Under the pieces are notes generated by a model. That model saw only the letters and a list, made by a program, of their open reading frames with translations, searched no databases and was not told the DNA's origin. Positions 50,904 to 61,245 of a DNA stretch of 64,000 bases are shown one piece after another. Both the position numbers and the translations under genes were made by a program. The DNA lies in assembly GCA_965223265.1 (NCBI GenBank), contig OZ244999.1, forward strand, positions 6,080,001-6,144,000, in the 5' to 3' direction. This DNA is from Planctomycetota bacterium (GTDB lineage Bacteria > Planctomycetota > UBA8108 > SXIK01). Position 1 is the stretch's first letter. Each line of letters begins with the position of its first letter.

Positions 50904-53645
50904 TTGAGCGGACTCAAAAGTCGACTTCACCAGCGCATTCGAAAATTTTTCCAGAATTCACATCACCTCAGGGGCTACTTCCGGCAACTAAGAGGTGGAG
51001 AATCTTTTTCTCTGCACGCTCGTGAACCCATGACGTGCAGAAAGCTCGCCTCAGCAGATTGTGGAGGAGACCCTTTGGTTCAATCTTCCCCTGAAAAACT
51101 ACTGGCGCACCACGCCAGACGCATCCGCGAATCCGCCGTCGCCGACGAAGTCGCCGCAGCGCGTGGCTACCGCTCCGTCGAGGTCCGCGCCGAGCTCAGA
51201 CGACTCGGCTTCAGCGAGCGACAAGCGCGCACCCCAGCGCTTCTCGTACCCATCTACGACGTTCACGGCGAGGTCGCCACCTACCAAATCCGCCCCGACA
51301 CGCCGCGGGTCGACCGAAACGGTAAGAGCGTCAAGTACGAGACGATCGCCGGCGCCCGCATGGTCCTCGATGTGCCGCGGCCCGTGCGTCGCTGGCTCGG
51401 CGATCCAGCGCGGCCGCTCTTCGTGACCGAAGGAGCACGCAAGGCCGACTCGGCAGTCTCGCAGGGGCTCTGCTCGATCGCACTCCTGGGCGTGTGGAAC
51501 TTTCGCGGCACCAACGAGCAAGGTGGCAAATGCGCACTGGCGGATTGGGAGTCGATCGCGCTCAAAGGACGCAAGGTGTACGTCGCGTTCGACAGCGACG
51601 TCATGGAAAAGCAAGCAGTGCATGCGGCGCTGGCGCGACTGAAGGGATTTCTCGAGTCGCGCCAGGCGAACGTCCGGCTGATCTACCTGCCGCCAGGGGA
51701 CGCCGGCGAGAAGGTTGGACTCGATGACTACTTCGCAGCTGGCGGTACGACGAGCGAGCTCCTCACCTTCGCCGAGACGGAGCTGAGGGGCGGCGCATTC
51801 ACCGCCGAGACCTACAGCGCCACCGAGGATGGGCTTGTGTGGAATCGCGTGCTTCGCGATGAAATCTCGCCGGTGCCGCTGGCGAACTTTGTCGCCACGA
51901 TCGTTCGCGACATTGAGATCGATGATGGTGCCCAGCCGCGGCGCGAGTTCGAACTGAGCGCGCGCCTCGGGAGTGAAGAGCGCAGATTCACCGTGCCCGT
52001 GGCTCGCTTTCGCAGCCTCGACTGGGCGAGCGAGCACCTCGGCGCCAAGGCGATCATCTATCCCGGCGAAGGCAAGCGCGATCACACGCGCTGCGCCGTG
52101 CAGACCTTGAGTGAAGAGGTGGAAGCGGCGAAGGTCTTTGCGCACACCGGTTGGCGGGCGGTAGGCGGCGAGCAGCTCTATCTCCACGCCGGTGGCGCGA
52201 TCGGTGCAGCGGGCATGTGCGCAGACGTTCGCGTGGAGCTCGAAAGCGCACTTGAAAACTACTCGCTCCCCGAGCCGCCGTGCGGCGCGGAGTTGACCGC
52301 GTTCGTGCGCGCGAGCATCTCATTCCTCGACGTCGCACCGCGCCGCGTCACGCTGCCTCTTCTTGCGGCCACCTACCGCGCCGTTCTCGGCGACGTTCGC
52401 GTCAGTCTCCATCTCGCCGGGCAGAGCGGGGCCGGCAAGACGGAGCTTGCGGCAGTAGCGCAGCAGCACTTCGGCGCCGCCATGGATGCGTCGAGCCTGC
52501 CGGGGAGCTGGTCGAGTACGGCGAACTCGCTCGAACGCGTGGCGTTCACTGCCAAGGACGCGCTCCTCGTCGTCGATGACTTTTGTCCGATCGGCAGTCA
52601 TCAGGACATCACGCGCCTGCACGGCAGTGCGGATCGGCTCTTCAGAGCGCAGGGGAATCGCTCGGGCAGGCAGCGACTGCGCGCCGATGGTGAAGTCATT
52701 CGGGCGCGGCCGCCGCGCGGACTGATCGTCTCGACCGGTGAGGACATACCGCGCGGCGAGAGTCTCCGTGCGCGCATGGTCATCGTCGAGATCGGGCGAG
52801 GCGACGTTGACTGGAGGGCGCTCACAGAAGCCCAAGGCGCCGCGCGCAGCGGAGAGCTTGCTGGTTCGATGGCTGCGTTCATTTCCTGGCTCGCGCCGCA
52901 GCGAGACGAGATGCGAGACGTGCTCGAGCGAGAGGTCGTGCGGCTGCGCGCCGAACTGGCGGAGAGCCCGCGTGCGCACAAGCGATCGCTCGGCAACTTT
53001 GCGAGCCTCCTCGCCGGTTGGAACATCTTTCTTTGGTTCGCGGTGGGTGCCGATGCCATCGACGGCAGTGCCGCAACGAAGCTCGGGGACGAGGCGAAGA
53101 ACGTCTTCCTGGAGCTCGGCCGCGAGCAGACCGAGCACGAGCGTGCAGAAGATGCGACCGAGCGCTTCTTCGCACTCCTCGGCGCGGCGATCGCGGCGGG
53201 CCAAGCGCACGTCGCCTCGGTCGACGGCACCCCACCGGACGACCCGCTCGCCTGGGGCTGGCGAAGCGCGTCCGGCGACGACCAGCGCGCACCGCTCTGG
53301 CAACCGCAGGGCGATCGCATCGGTTGGCTGGGATCGGAGGGCGACCTGCTGCTCCAGCCAGAGGCGGCGTACTCCATGGTGCAAAAGCTCGCGGCAACCG
53401 TCGGTGGAACGGTCGGCGTTGGGATGCGGACGCTTCAGCGACGGCTGGAGGAGAGAGGGCTTCTGCGGCGAGTCGATGCAGGCCGCACCACGGTGCGGGT
53501 GACGCTGCAGGGGGTGAAGCGGCGGGTATTGTGCGTGGCGTGTGAGATGGTAGGCGGGAGCGGAGGGGATTCGGGCGGCACACGCTCTGCGAGAAGTCTC
53601 GCCGAGAAGGGCCGCCGGGAATCGGTGCAGCGTTTCTTGTGGTAG
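50904..53645 (+). CDS. DUF3854 TOPRIM primase + DUF927-like P-loop helicase (probable start TTG 51075)
   Basis: QIRPD..KYET, FVTEGARKAD, VAFDSD, GLDDY; GQSGAGKT, LVVDDF, STGED; RBS GGAGGAG at 51063. Confidence 0.85.
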   Translation: MSGLKSRLHQRIRKFFQNSHHLRGYFRQLRGGESFSLHAREPMTCRKLASADCGGDPLVQSSPEKLLAHHARRIRESAVADEVAAARGYRSVEVRAELRRLGFSERQARTPALLVPIYDVHGEVATYQIRPDTPRVDRNGKSVKYETIAGARMVLDVPRPVRRWLGDPARPLFVTEGARKADSAVSQGLCSIALLGVWNFRGTNEQGGKCALADWESIALKGRKVYVAFDSDVMEKQAVHAALARLKGFLESRQANVRLIYLPPGDAGEKVGLDDYFAAGGTTSELLTFAETELRGGAFTAETYSATEDGLVWNRVLRDEISPVPLANFVATIVRDIEIDDGAQPRREFELSARLGSEERRFTVPVARFRSLDWASEHLGAKAIIYPGEGKRDHTRCAVQTLSEEVEAAKVFAHTGWRAVGGEQLYLHAGGAIGAAGMCADVRVELESALENYSLPEPPCGAELTAFVRASISFLDVAPRRVTLPLLAATYRAVLGDVRVSLHLAGQSGAGKTELAAVAQQHFGAAMDASSLPGSWSSTANSLERVAFTAKDALLVVDDFCPIGSHQDITRLHGSADRLFRAQGNRSGRQRLRADGEVIRARPPRGLIVSTGEDIPRGESLRARMVIVEIGRGDVDWRALTEAQGAARSGELAGSMAAFISWLAPQRDEMRDVLEREVVRLRAELAESPRAHKRSLGNFASLLAGWNIFLWFAVGADAIDGSAATKLGDEAKNVFLELGREQTEHERAEDATERFFALLGAAIAAGQAHVASVDGTPPDDPLAWGWRSASGDDQRAPLWQPQGDRIGWLGSEGDLLLQPEAAYSMVQKLAATVGGTVGVGMRTLQRRLEERGLLRRVDAGRTTVRVTLQGVKRRVLCVACEMVGGSGGDSGGTRSARSLAEKGRRESVQRFLW
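50961..50989 (+). promoter_or_regulatory. CATCACCT-N13-CGGCAACT motif, copy 3
   Basis: Upstream of the probable primase start, same orientation. Confidence 0.7.
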
Positions 53646-53928
53646 CGTGGAGAGGTGGCCTTGGGTGGAAAAACGATGCCTGACTTACTACGCCATGAAC
53701 TGCGGGCATCCAGCGGGAAACGGTGTCATAAGTAGTTCAAATTGATCAATTTAGGACTACGCTGACGACGCTCTGATAACTTCTTGGTTGAACCACGTTG
53801 GAAATCGCCTCGGACAATTAGCCCCGTTCGGACCAGTCTGAACGCCTGCCGGCCACCTTTGCGGCTCCGCGTCCGAGGATATAGAATGTGAGATTATCGG
53901 GCCGTTAAAGTGAAGAGCCCCTGCCTGC

Positions 53929-54966
53929 TTGCTGCCCTCGAAGGGGAGTGCTCCGTTGACAGAACGAGCAGAGGTCATACTGGTCGAGTCTCGACTGGAC
54001 GGCCTGACCACCAAATCCCGTAAGACCGCTGAGAACGAGATTCAACTGGTTTACTCGATTCTGAAGAAGGCGGTCGAGAGCCTCAGCGACCAACCGACGT
54101 TGGGTCGCTGCTCCCTTCGCTTCCTCGTGTCGCCTGAATACTCGCAAGTTGTTAACGAGGTTTCGCAGGAGTACGAGGAGGGCTTGCAGCCATACGCCGA
54201 TGTGCGAAGACACGTTGTGGCGATGGCGATCACCAAGTTTCGACGAAACCGAGACGACACGAAGGCGACCGTCATCGTCAATTCCCGGCTGTGGGACAAC
54301 CTCGAAGGCGAAGCTCTCTTCTTTCGGGTCCATACTCTCCTGCACGAGGTTTGTCATGTGTTGATGGGAATCCAAAAACTGGAGGAGAAGCCCAAGGCCC
54401 AGACTTTCGATTTCTATCGCAACTTCATCGCGGAACAGGCATACGAGGAGTACCGAGTAGACCACCTGACAGGTCAACTCATCGAGTCATTCGGGATCTT
54501 CAGTGACGGTGACGGCCGCCTGATCACAGCGCCCATGATGCTCGGCGATCGCTATTCTCACGTTGCCGTCGCTATGAGCGATGACATCGTTGACTGGGTT
54601 GACCGACGAGTCCGGAACTACCCGGCCACCCAAGAAGGTCTCAACGCCATTCACGATGAAGTCTTTTCGATGTTGCAGGAGTTATTCGTCGTTTTCGCCC
54701 ACTACCTTGCAACCAACGACGAGGAGAAGACAGACGATCTCAAAGAGAACCTAAAGCGCGCGAAGGGATTTAACGCTTTCGTCGAACCTGACTGGGATGC
54801 CCTTGTCAGTGGCTTCCAGGAACCGAGCTGGGACGTTGGCGTTCAGGGAATCGAACAGGTCTTTGAGAACACCCTTCATCGCATGGGAATCGTTCCGAAA
54901 GATGTTCCGGCGGGCCTCTACATAGGTGTTCATGAACCAGCCGTCGTTGGGGAATCCGCACCATGA
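53929..54966 (+). CDS. Hypothetical protein with HExxH (zincin-like) motif
   Basis: HTLLHEVCHVL followed by AYEEYRVD; ATGA overlap with the next gene. Confidence 0.7.
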   Translation: MLPSKGSAPLTERAEVILVESRLDGLTTKSRKTAENEIQLVYSILKKAVESLSDQPTLGRCSLRFLVSPEYSQVVNEVSQEYEEGLQPYADVRRHVVAMAITKFRRNRDDTKATVIVNSRLWDNLEGEALFFRVHTLLHEVCHVLMGIQKLEEKPKAQTFDFYRNFIAEQAYEEYRVDHLTGQLIESFGIFSDGDGRLITAPMMLGDRYSHVAVAMSDDIVDWVDRRVRNYPATQEGLNAIHDEVFSMLQELFVVFAHYLATNDEEKTDDLKENLKRAKGFNAFVEPDWDALVSGFQEPSWDVGVQGIEQVFENTLHRMGIVPKDVPAGLYIGVHEPAVVGESAP

Positions 54967-55850
54967 CGCCTGAGGAAAAGCAGAAGCATGCCGAGGGGGC
55001 ATATCACGGAGCGGCCGGTGTTGCGGAGTACATGGAAGAAAAGGTCAAGACGAGGCTCGAATCGATTCTGGGCGACCGCAGCCAACGCGAGACCCATCTC
55101 TTCGGCTACTTTCTCCGTGCCCTCGGCTTAATGCAGAGCGTCCGTGCTCTCAACAGCACACAACATTTCCAATCCGTTGTCGCGTGCAACAGGGCCTTGC
55201 TGGAAATCCTCGTTGACACGATTCTCGTTCGATACGACAACGACGGCCGCTCAGACAAGCTTCTTCCGGCATGGGAAGAGTCGGCCAAGCTCAAGCACTG
55301 CACGGCAACCGTTGAGTACTACAAGAAAACCAGACGGTACATCCCGGACGCCCTGCGAGTCAGGACGGATTTCGTCACGAACGACACGGCACGAGTGAAG
55401 GCGACTCGGGCGAAACTATGGCCGAATCGGCGGAAGCCAACGACTCATCCTCAGCGCTGGACGGGTCGTGCGAACCTGCTCGAAGACATCCGGGCTGCTG
55501 ACAACCTCCACACCGTTCATTTCCGCTTCTCGCAGTCGTCAAGTCTCGAAGAGTATTACGAGACAGAGTTTCGGGAGCTCTGCTGGAACGTGCACGGTTC
55601 GGGCTTCACAGCCATTCGAAACACACCTGCGGAGACCATCGTCGGCATCTGTTCGTTCGGCTGGCTATCCTCCGCCGATCTCGCCTTGGAATGCTCGAAG
55701 CTCGTGCTCTTGAGCTTCGGATTCGACAAGGTGCTGGATCTTCCCGACGAATGGAAAAACATCGAGGACAACAGAGTCCGCATCCTGTTCGACCTTGTTA
55801 CGAAAGGCGACACGGAAGAGCCTGCCGTAGCCCAGCCTATAGACGGTTGA
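54963..55850 (+). CDS. DUF5677-like (possible HEPN-related) helical protein
   Basis: NRALLEILVD..W..FRELCWNVHGS pattern. Confidence 0.65.
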   Translation: MTPEEKQKHAEGAYHGAAGVAEYMEEKVKTRLESILGDRSQRETHLFGYFLRALGLMQSVRALNSTQHFQSVVACNRALLEILVDTILVRYDNDGRSDKLLPAWEESAKLKHCTATVEYYKKTRRYIPDALRVRTDFVTNDTARVKATRAKLWPNRRKPTTHPQRWTGRANLLEDIRAADNLHTVHFRFSQSSSLEEYYETEFRELCWNVHGSGFTAIRNTPAETIVGICSFGWLSSADLALECSKLVLLSFGFDKVLDLPDEWKNIEDNRVRILFDLVTKGDTEEPAVAQPIDG

Positions 55851-55904
55851 ATCAGTTTCCTCCGTCCACATCCCTGGTCAGCGACAATTACTCCTATCGC
55901 CCGA

Positions 55905-55979
55905 CGACAATGAAGAAGATCTTTCGGAAGTCGAGCGAGTCTTCGAGCGAGCATTTCCGAAAGATCTTCTTCATTGTCG
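55905..55979. repeat. Perfect 25-bp inverted repeat
   Basis: CGACAATGAAGAAGATCTTTCGGAA-N25-TTCCGAAAGATCTTCTTCATTGTCG. Confidence 0.85.
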
Positions 55980-56159
55980 CCAGAGAAAGAAATAGTTGAC
56001 GTCGACCACACATCCCACGTCGCCATCACGGAAAAGCGGGAGAGGCCGGGAGGGAGCACGAGAGACGCAGTGCCCGTTGAAAACTCGAAGGTTCCAGCCA
56101 GTTCGGATGATTGTACCGTCTGCGCCGCACCGTCTTCGGAAAACACACGGAGTTGTATC

Positions 56160-56345
56160 CTTCTAAGTCCTGCTTCGCGATCAGGAGTTGCTGCACCAGC
56201 AATGAGCAGCTCGCGAATAGCACCCGTCGTCCCTGCTGGACCAATTCTTGGGCGATCGCGCAAAGCAGATGAGTTTTGCCGCTGCCGGGGTTACCGAATG
56301 CCAGGACGTTCTCTGTACGATCGAGGAAGTTCCCTTCCAGGATGA
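56160..56345 (-). pseudogene. istB: IstB fragment
   Basis: ENVLAFGNPGSGKTHLLCAIAQELV..LVQQLL; nearby repeated TTGTCGYCAGAGAAAGAAATAGTTGACG at 55974 and 56767. Confidence 0.75.
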
Positions 56346-56918
56346 AGGGGCTGGGGATGACGTAGGGCGAGGCGACGCTATGAATCCTCGGCAACCGCCG
56401 ACGTCACTCGGTGCGCCATCTGCGAGGAGACGGTGACGGTAGTTTTCTTCTTCGCATCCTGCGTTGCGTTGCGAAGGGTGCCACCTGCCGCAGTGCCGGT
56501 CAGTATCGCGGGGAGTGTCGGAGGATTCCCCACCGCATCTCGAGGTTCCAGCAGACAGCAGAACCTTTTGGCGGTTCTTCAAGAACTCCGTTTCGACTTG
56601 GTATGTCGAAATCACCCGGTCTCTGACCTGCATTAGACGTTCCAGCGTTCCAGCAGAGTCAACGTAGCCTCGTTCCTCGCACGGTAGGAATCGAGGAAGA
56701 TATTGGCAACCTTCTCCCCCCGGGGGGGAGAAGGTCACGACCTACCGGTCGTGACGTAATTTCTAGTTGTCGTCAGAGAAAGAAATAGTTGACGCCGGCC
56801 AGGACGCGCACGCGTCCTACCTCTCGGGGAAAGTCAGAGGAAGAAGCCAGGCAAGGAGTTGGGTTCTGAAGGCGGAGAAGTCGAAGACTCTGTCGCTTGA
56901 CCATGCGAAGAGGCGCGC

Positions 56919-59141
56919 TTGTCAACCGGCGTCGACAGTGTGCGAAAGAAATCGCGAACCCTGGTACAATCTGCTGCGCAGACACTGGTACACGACAGTT
57001 CTTTCAGGCCTTTCGAAGAGAAGACCGCAATGGAGCAACCGCCTTCCAAAGACCCTTGGAGTGCCTTGACCCCAGAACAGAGGGCTATCGTGCGGTCGCG
57101 CGTCGGAACGCGGCTTCGCCGGGCGATGAACGAAGGGGTTGGGTTCGCGCTTGCTGCGATTCTTCTTCTAACTGTTTGCGCCGTTTCGGCCCGCCTGACT
57201 TGGAACCACTTCTCGAGATATCACGACAGTGTTGACTTAGACTTCTCCCGTACGATGCGTGCAACCCATGAACCACGCGTCGATGAGCCGTACTCAGGAA
57301 TCCTGGCCGCGGTTCTCGCTCCTTTCAATTCGAGTTCTACAACGGTTCCGAGAGTTGACCACGAATCAGAAGTTCTTCGTTCAATTGCAGTAGTCCACAA
57401 GACGTTCCGGATGTTGGTAGCCGAAGTGCTGGGAAACGCTGAAGCAGCTACGGCGATCAAACATGCGGCTGACAACTTGCTCCCACTCGGGGGGAAGCTG
57501 AATGACGTCGCGCTTTCGGAAGAGATAACTGCGGTAAGAGACGGAGCCACGCCCGTCGTGAAAGAACGACCTTTGGGAACCGCGAGCATTGGTTATGCCC
57601 GAGGATACGGCGGGATGGGTAGTGTGACGCCCCCCGCGATAGCAGACGCAGCTCTGAATTTCCACGTCCTGGTGCCTTCACTCCTGGATTTGTGTCCGGA
57701 GGACGAGCAGGAGGAGTGTTACTCCGACCGCGTCAAAGAGGCGATACGAGTCTCCTTCTTGTTGGATGACGTCATCTCGCCTGCGGTTAGCCGTCACGAA
57801 ACAGAGAACGCCGACTCGACTCGATTTGTGCAGGCGTATTTCATTTCCGTTGACAGCGTCCTGTCAATTTGGAGCGAGAAAGACAAACTACCCGAGAATC
57901 TCTACCCAGCGCCACGTCTGTGGGCAGCTGCTCACTACTTTCAACAGTTTCTGACCGATGACTTGACTCGAGTACGCGGTTACTACACGACACCGAGCTA
58001 TCTAGATTACTCGGGATTCGGGATGGTACAAACGCATTGCACCTCAATCGTCAATCCGACGGATGGCAGGCTGTTGGGTATCCTGTGTACGGATTGGACA
58101 ATCCCTCAAGCGGACATCACAAGACGGCTCACGGAGAGTCGCCTGTTGTCATTCATCTATCTACGCGTGAACCTGAAAGACTACCCGTTTATTCCTCCCG
58201 ATTGGCCAGCGCTGCAAGCGTGGCGACCGCCTCGTTCCATGTCTCCGGATACCCCGGGCTTCCCTCCCTTGGACGGGAAGGCACAAGAGGGAGGATGGCG
58301 GAAGGCCGAAAGTGCTGTTCCGGGCATCGCAGCCGCGCTCACGTCCATCGCGGTTGAGAACCGGACTACTCTGGCCTCACATGCCGCTCAAAAACAACGA
58401 GCCGCCCGTGGCAAGGGACAGAAGAACGCCCCGCAGCAGCCACACGTTTACGCCGAACGGTACGAGCTGCAGCGTTTGGTCACGCAAATACCGTACGAAG
58501 GGAAGCAATCCTTTACCGTGCCCATAGGCTCAGCCGAAGACGTAGAAGGCAACTACGCCTTCAACGCTCTGTTGATTACCCCTCGAACTCCAGGACCGCC
58601 GACGGAGGCTTTCTGGCCCGCCGTGGTCGCTCTGACAAGTTTCGTTCTTGCGGGCGTGTTCGTGGTCATCGGTGGCACGCTTTCCAAAACAGCTCACCGA
58701 TACACAGAGCGCCTTGCCGTTTTGAGAACTCTTCAAGCGGGCGTCGTGATCGCAGATGGAGACGACATAATCCAGGAAGCTGACGACCGTGCCGAACGAG
58801 ACCTCGGCGTGCCGCTTCCCAAACTGGGCCAGCTGGAGTCGGCCGCTGGAACCCAAGAATTCGGAGCTCTGATAGACGGTCTCGTTGTGAAAGAAGATGC
58901 GGACGGGAACCTCCAAGCCCAAGCGTCTCCCTACGCGCAGGTCTCGCAGGAGCGTCAGCGAGGTAGTTGGACGTCGTATTACGCTAAGCTGATACACGGA
59001 ACGCGGAAGGGCTATTGGGTTCATGTTTGGGCGTCGCCAGTCTCTCGCGGTCGTGGCTCTGCACCTCGGGTCTTCGGAGTCGTTAGTCGGGTTAGCCCTG
59101 ACCGCGAAAAAGACCTCGGAAAGAAGGTCGTACAGAGATGA
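56919..59141 (+). CDS. Membrane sensor: TM, Cache-like domain, TM, PAS-like domain, no output domain (probable start 57030)
   Basis: QAYFIS..YF..TPSYLDYSGFGMVQT..GILCTDW Cache-like pattern; LQAGVVIADGDDIIQEADDRAE PAS-like. Confidence 0.65.
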   Translation: MSTGVDSVRKKSRTLVQSAAQTLVHDSSFRPFEEKTAMEQPPSKDPWSALTPEQRAIVRSRVGTRLRRAMNEGVGFALAAILLLTVCAVSARLTWNHFSRYHDSVDLDFSRTMRATHEPRVDEPYSGILAAVLAPFNSSSTTVPRVDHESEVLRSIAVVHKTFRMLVAEVLGNAEAATAIKHAADNLLPLGGKLNDVALSEEITAVRDGATPVVKERPLGTASIGYARGYGGMGSVTPPAIADAALNFHVLVPSLLDLCPEDEQEECYSDRVKEAIRVSFLLDDVISPAVSRHETENADSTRFVQAYFISVDSVLSIWSEKDKLPENLYPAPRLWAAAHYFQQFLTDDLTRVRGYYTTPSYLDYSGFGMVQTHCTSIVNPTDGRLLGILCTDWTIPQADITRRLTESRLLSFIYLRVNLKDYPFIPPDWPALQAWRPPRSMSPDTPGFPPLDGKAQEGGWRKAESAVPGIAAALTSIAVENRTTLASHAAQKQRAARGKGQKNAPQQPHVYAERYELQRLVTQIPYEGKQSFTVPIGSAEDVEGNYAFNALLITPRTPGPPTEAFWPAVVALTSFVLAGVFVVIGGTLSKTAHRYTERLAVLRTLQAGVVIADGDDIIQEADDRAERDLGVPLPKLGQLESAAGTQEFGALIDGLVVKEDADGNLQAQASPYAQVSQERQRGSWTSYYAKLIHGTRKGYWVHVWASPVSRGRGSAPRVFGVVSRVSPDREKDLGKKVVQR

Positions 59142-59611
59142 CCGGAATAGTGCTATGGCCGATTCTCGGCGTTGTGTTCTTGTGGTTCGTCGAACGAGTA
59201 TGCCGGCATAGCCTCACGATTCACGCTGTTCGGGAAGGCGAACGGTTCTGGGTCACGATTCGAAACGAAGAGGACGTTCCCTTGGACGTTCCGGTTCAGA
59301 TGTTGGTTTCGGTTGGCGCAGAGACAGGGCGGTTTGTCCGCGCAGAGTTGGTCTCGCGCATTCGCGTCCTCGGCACTGAAACCAAGTTTCAGTGTGACCA
59401 GAAATTCGAAGTGATTCTCCCAAGTCTAAGACCGTTCGAGTCTTTTGAGGTTTCGCTTGTCACTAATCGAGAAGAGGGGTCTCTGAAGGTGACGCTGGTT
59501 GGTTGGGACCTGGACAAGAGTCGGAAGAGGTGGTGGTTTCCCGTATTGACCAGAAAGCTGGATTGGAAGTATCGAACAGGCCAAGCACGAAGTCACATGG
59601 GGGCGGGATGA
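59138..59611 (+). CDS. Hypothetical membrane-anchored beta-rich protein
   Basis: ATGA overlap with the upstream gene; N-terminal TM. Confidence 0.6.
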   Translation: MTGIVLWPILGVVFLWFVERVCRHSLTIHAVREGERFWVTIRNEEDVPLDVPVQMLVSVGAETGRFVRAELVSRIRVLGTETKFQCDQKFEVILPSLRPFESFEVSLVTNREEGSLKVTLVGWDLDKSRKRWWFPVLTRKLDWKYRTGQARSHMGAG

Positions 59612-59880
59612 GAGATTGGTCGTTGTGGGTATTAATGACGCTTGGTGCGACGGCGGGCTTTTTCCTTGGTGCGACGACAGGTTTCTATCTACCGGCCGCT
59701 GTCGGATTCGATTCCGTGTCTCTTGATTCAGTCGACGCGATCTTCGCAGCATCACTGGTCGCACTTGTCTTGGTAGCGCTGGGGTTCTGCAGGAGACCCC
59801 CTACGGACTCGATTCCCGGGTACCGAAACGCCACGCACGTTTCACTAAGCCCTCCGAACGAACCCGAGGTCGGGAATTAG
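59608..59880 (+). CDS. Small two-TM protein
   Basis: ATGA overlap; MRDWSLWVLMTLGATAGFFLG..IFAASLVALVLVALGF. Confidence 0.55.
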   Translation: MRDWSLWVLMTLGATAGFFLGATTGFYLPAAVGFDSVSLDSVDAIFAASLVALVLVALGFCRRPPTDSIPGYRNATHVSLSPPNEPEVGN

Positions 59881-59896
59881 ACGAAGGGAGTTGGGC

Positions 59897-60005
59897 TCAG
59901 CTCGCTTCGCTTTCGGCGAGGTGACGATAGAGGGTCGATCGCGACACGCCGAGTGTCCGGCACACCTCGGCGACTGACGTATCCCGGTCTCGACGAAGGG
60001 CGACA
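59897..60005 (-). pseudogene. Resolvase/invertase C-terminal HTH remnant
   Basis: SVAEVCRTLGVSRSTLYRHL. Confidence 0.6.
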
Positions 60006-60962
60006 GCCAGCCCGTTCGATTGACCGATGACGAGCGTCGACGACTCGCGCGGAGAGGCAAGGCCATCGGCAGGCGGGTCCTCGATGAAGTCGCAAGCATA
60101 GTTACGCCCGACACCATCCTGGGTTGGCATCGCAGGCTTATCGCCAGGAAGTGGGACTACAGCAAACGACGCCGGAAGGTCGGGAGACCTCGGGTGGACG
60201 TAGCGATCCCGCGGCTCGTTGTTCGTATGGCGCGCGAGAACACGACCTGGGGCTACACGCGGATACGTGGTGCGCTGAGTCATCTCGGCCATCAGGTCTC
60301 GCGTGGCACAATCGCCAAGATCCTCAAGGACAACGGGATAGAGCCTGCTTTCGAACGCCGCAAACGCACGCCGTGGCGAACGTTTCTCGAACGCTCATTG
60401 GGAGACGCTCGCCGCCGCGGACTTCTTCACTGTGGAGGTCGCTCGGCCCACTGGGTTGGTCACTTACTACATTCTTTTCGTCATCGAACTCTCGACGCGC
60501 CGCGTTCACGTCGGAGGCATCACGCCGGCACCGGACGCACAATTCATGAAGAAGGTCGGACGTAGTCTTACCGATGGCTTCGACGGCTTCCTGCTCGAGA
60601 AGCGCTACCTTATCCTCGACCGCGACAGCAAGTACACCGACGACTTCCGGCGGCTTCTCGAGGACTCCGGCACCAACACTGTTCGCCTGCCCGCGGGACG
60701 TCCGAACCTGAACGCCTTCGCTGAGCGGTTCGTCCTCTCGATCAAGAGCGAGTGCCTCGACCGCATGATCTTCTTCACCGAGGGCGCGCTGCGGCGTGCA
60801 GTTCGATCCTTCGTCGATCACTATCACGCGGAGCGGAGTCACCAGGGACTCGGCAATCAACTCATCGAGCCCGGTGACGTCGCCACCGATCCAATTGGTC
60901 GAGTCCGTTGTAACAAACGACTCGGTGGCTTGCTTCGTTACTACCATCGACGCACTGCGTAG
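60006..60962 (+). pseudogene. Integrase-core (rve) transposase, 5'-truncated and frameshifted
   Basis: [21 protein letters not shown]; [38 protein letters not shown]. Confidence 0.85.
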
Positions 60963-61245
60963 GGGTGGGGCCGGCCCGCAAATGTCGAGTCCGATGCTGC
61001 GACCTGGGCAGTTGCACTACGGACAGCGTTCGACGACGTTGCAGATTCAGAGAACCTGGTCGACTTTCGTTCGAAATTTGCGATTGCCGAGTGTGGTCAA
61101 TTCGTTGGCTTTGCACGTCGTTCTAGTTTTTGGACAGCACGCGTATGGCCGCCGGGCAGCGAGTCTTTCTTGTCGTGGCGCCAATGGCGACGATCCAGGA
61201 GCAGAATACTGTGCGTCGCGTGTGAGAAGGGATAGGCTCGCACGT

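Noticed and set aside
51099-53709. Several long minus-strand ORFs
   Set aside because: Antisense shadows of the primase-helicase gene.
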